Assembly: GCF_000284115.1 (NCBI RefSeq)
Contig: NC_017080.1
Span: 1,110,001-1,142,000 of the forward strand
Reading direction: 5' to 3'
Length of the DNA: 32,000 nucleotides
Source of the DNA: Phycisphaera mikurensis NBRC 102666
GTDB lineage: Bacteria > Planctomycetota > Phycisphaerae > Phycisphaerales > Phycisphaeraceae
Under the pieces are notes generated by a model that saw only the letters and a list, made by a program, of their open reading frames with translations, did not search any database and was not told where the DNA came from. Of the stretch, positions 30,194-32,000 are shown one piece after another; position 1 is the stretch's first letter; every line of letters starts with the position of its first letter. The position numbers and the translations under genes were made by a program.

Positions 30194-30207
30194 AGCGAAG
30201 CCCCCGC

Positions 30208-32000
30208 ATGAAGCGACCGCACGACGCACGAACCGTTTGGCACCCCGGCAACGCGGATCCCGAGGCCGGGGTGGATTGGGTGACCTTCGAGCGCACGTTC
30301 GACCTTGACGGTCCGCCTGAGATCGCGCCGCTGTGCCTCTTCGCCACGCATCGGTACCGGCTGCGGGTGAACGGCCGGGTGGTGGCGTCGGGCCCCGCCC
30401 GCTACGTGCCGGGCACGGAGTGGCACGACGAGCTGGACCTGCGGCCGCACCTGCGAGCGGGCCGCAACCAGATCGTGGTGGCGTGCTGCTTCCTGGACAG
30501 TGTGAACTTCCAGCACGCGCGGGAGCCGCGGGGGCGGTTCCTCGCCTGGGGCGGGGTCCGGGAGGCTGGCAAAGAACCGGTCGATCTCGCCACGCCCGGA
30601 GCCTGGCGGTGCCGTCGTCCCTGCGGGCACGCGGCCGGTGCGCCTTCTTTCTCCTTCGCGATCGGCCCGGTCGAGGTGCTGGACACGCGGATCGCCGGCG
30701 GGGGTTGGCAGCGTCCCGAGCCGGTGCCCGCCTGCGCGGAGCCGCGGACCACGCCGCGCCTCACGCCGTACGCGACCGGGAAGATCGTGACGCCCGAGGC
30801 CGTGTTCGTGGCGGGTGTGGAGGCGAGCGAGACGCGCGTCGGCTACGTGAGCGTCGTCCGCGGGGTGGAGCCGGGGGAGCGGGAGGCGGTGCGACGCCAG
30901 GCCTCCCGCTACGCCCTCTGCCTGCACAGCCCGGAGACTCAGCGGGTGCCGTTGTTTCTGCACTGGGGGCCGCACTTCGTCAACGGCGTGGAGCTCGAGC
31001 CCGAGGACGTGCCCGGGCACGGGAACAAGCAGGCGGTGGAGGTGGAGCTGCGGGCGGGATGGAACCTCCTGTGCGGCGAGCCGCAGCAGGTGCAGCCGCG
31101 GCACCCGGTGATGATCGGCTGGCCGGAGGACGCGCAGCTGGCGGCGCGGTCGCGGCCGGACCCGGGCGATGCGGCCGCGCTCCGCTTCCTGGATCCCGAG
31201 GAGATCGACCCCGCCGCGTCGTGGCGCCGCGGCGCCCCGTCCCGCGTCGAGGACCTGCCGGGCGCGGCGTGGCGGACGCGGCCGCGCGGCGGCGTGCTCC
31301 CGCTTCCGGCGCGGGAGATGAGCTGGGACCGACCCGCCGCGGCGGAGGCGAAGCCGTCGCTGCCGGTCCGCCGGTCATCCGGCGGTGGCGCCTTCACCGC
31401 CGTGCTGGATTTCGCCGACGAGTTCCTCGGGCACGTGGTCGTGAAGATCGACGCGCCCGCGGGAACGATCGTCGACGTCGGCTGCGACGAGCGCCGCCGG
31501 GCCGACGGGTGCCTGGACTGGTTCGGCGCGAACCCCTTCGTCGACAGCGCCGATCGCTTCGTCGCCGCCGGGGGCCGGCAGACGCTGGAGACCTTCCACC
31601 CCCGCGGCGGCCGCTTCCTGCAGGTGACGCTGCGTCCGCCGGCGGCGGCGCCGGCGCCGGATCCGCGGTCCGCGGACCGCGGGCCGCTGAGCCTCGAAAG
31701 CGTCACGGTCCGCGACGCGCACTGCCCGCCCGCGTACGACCGGCCGGCTCCCCCGCTGCACGACGAGCTGCTCGCCTGGGCGTGGCGCACCGGGGTGAAC
31801 ACGCTGCGCGCGAGCACCGAGGAAGTTCACTGCGATTCGCCCTGGCGGGAGCGGGGCCTGTACCTGGGGGACGGCCACGTGCAGTCGATGGCGGAGACGC
31901 TGGTGACCACCGACGCCAGCCTCGGCCGCCGGGCGCTGCAGCTGTTCGCGGCGGGTCAGTTTCCCGACGGGCAGCTGCCCTGCGTCGTGCCCTCCTGGCT
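30208..32000 (+). CDS. GH78-like alpha-L-rhamnosidase, C-terminus cut by window edge
   Basis: Open to the window end, hence absent from the ORF track. Reads MKRPHDARTVWHPGNADPEAGVDWVTFERTFDL...HRYRLRVNGRVVASGPARYVPGTEWHDELDLRPHLRAGRNQIVV... and ...TEEVHCDSPWRERGLYLGDGHVQSMAETLVTTDASLGRRALQLFAAGQFPDGQLPCVVPSW, the GH78 (alpha/alpha)6 entry motif in variant form. Confidence 0.82.
   Translation, partial: MKRPHDARTVWHPGNADPEAGVDWVTFERTFDLDGPPEIAPLCLFATHRYRLRVNGRVVASGPARYVPGTEWHDELDLRPHLRAGRNQIVVACCFLDSVNFQHAREPRGRFLAWGGVREAGKEPVDLATPGAWRCRRPCGHAAGAPSFSFAIGPVEVLDTRIAGGGWQRPEPVPACAEPRTTPRLTPYATGKIVTPEAVFVAGVEASETRVGYVSVVRGVEPGEREAVRRQASRYALCLHSPETQRVPLFLHWGPHFVNGVELEPEDVPGHGNKQAVEVELRAGWNLLCGEPQQVQPRHPVMIGWPEDAQLAARSRPDPGDAAALRFLDPEEIDPAASWRRGAPSRVEDLPGAAWRTRPRGGVLPLPAREMSWDRPAAAEAKPSLPVRRSSGGGAFTAVLDFADEFLGHVVVKIDAPAGTIVDVGCDERRRADGCLDWFGANPFVDSADRFVAAGGRQTLETFHPRGGRFLQVTLRPPAAAPAPDPRSADRGPLSLESVTVRDAHCPPAYDRPAPPLHDELLAWAWRTGVNTLRASTEEVHCDSPWRERGLYLGDGHVQSMAETLVTTDASLGRRALQLFAAGQFPDGQLPCVVPSW

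Overview
GC-rich chromosomal window with planctomycete-like (Phycisphaerae-like) character, judged from PEP-CTERM proteins, pseudopilins with the [24 protein letters not shown] signature and CAZyme/sulfatase-rich loci. I support 20 protein-coding genes, two of them cut by the window edges and absent from the ORF track. A core housekeeping-like block (CDGSH protein, alr, HD/YhaM-like protein, C39-like membrane peptidase, ppdK) is flanked by two carbohydrate-degradation loci of parallel layout. Locus A (1-8492, minus strand): LacI-type regulator, PEP-CTERM protein, DNRLRE-like secreted protein, pseudopilin, two GH10 xylanases, heparinase-like protein. Locus B (17611-28550 minus, 28727-32000 plus): LacI-type regulator, PEP-CTERM protein, pseudopilin, sulfatase, two unassigned clan GH-A-like enzymes, GH36-like enzyme, with a divergent arm of sulfatase and GH78-like rhamnosidase. 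The most interesting observations are: (1) the repeated regulator + PEP-CTERM + pseudopilin + CAZyme architecture; (2) a family of five intergenic inverted repeats with arms CCGCGGACCG(T/C)...(A/G)CGGTCCGCGG and 20-24 nt spacers, each 3' of a minus-strand gene; (3) a CDGSH gene with no nearby ATG/GTG/TTG but an ATC codon preceded by AAGGAG, overlapping the candidate alr start. No tRNA, rRNA, CRISPR, transposase or phage genes were recognised. All family calls are from reading motifs, not database searches.
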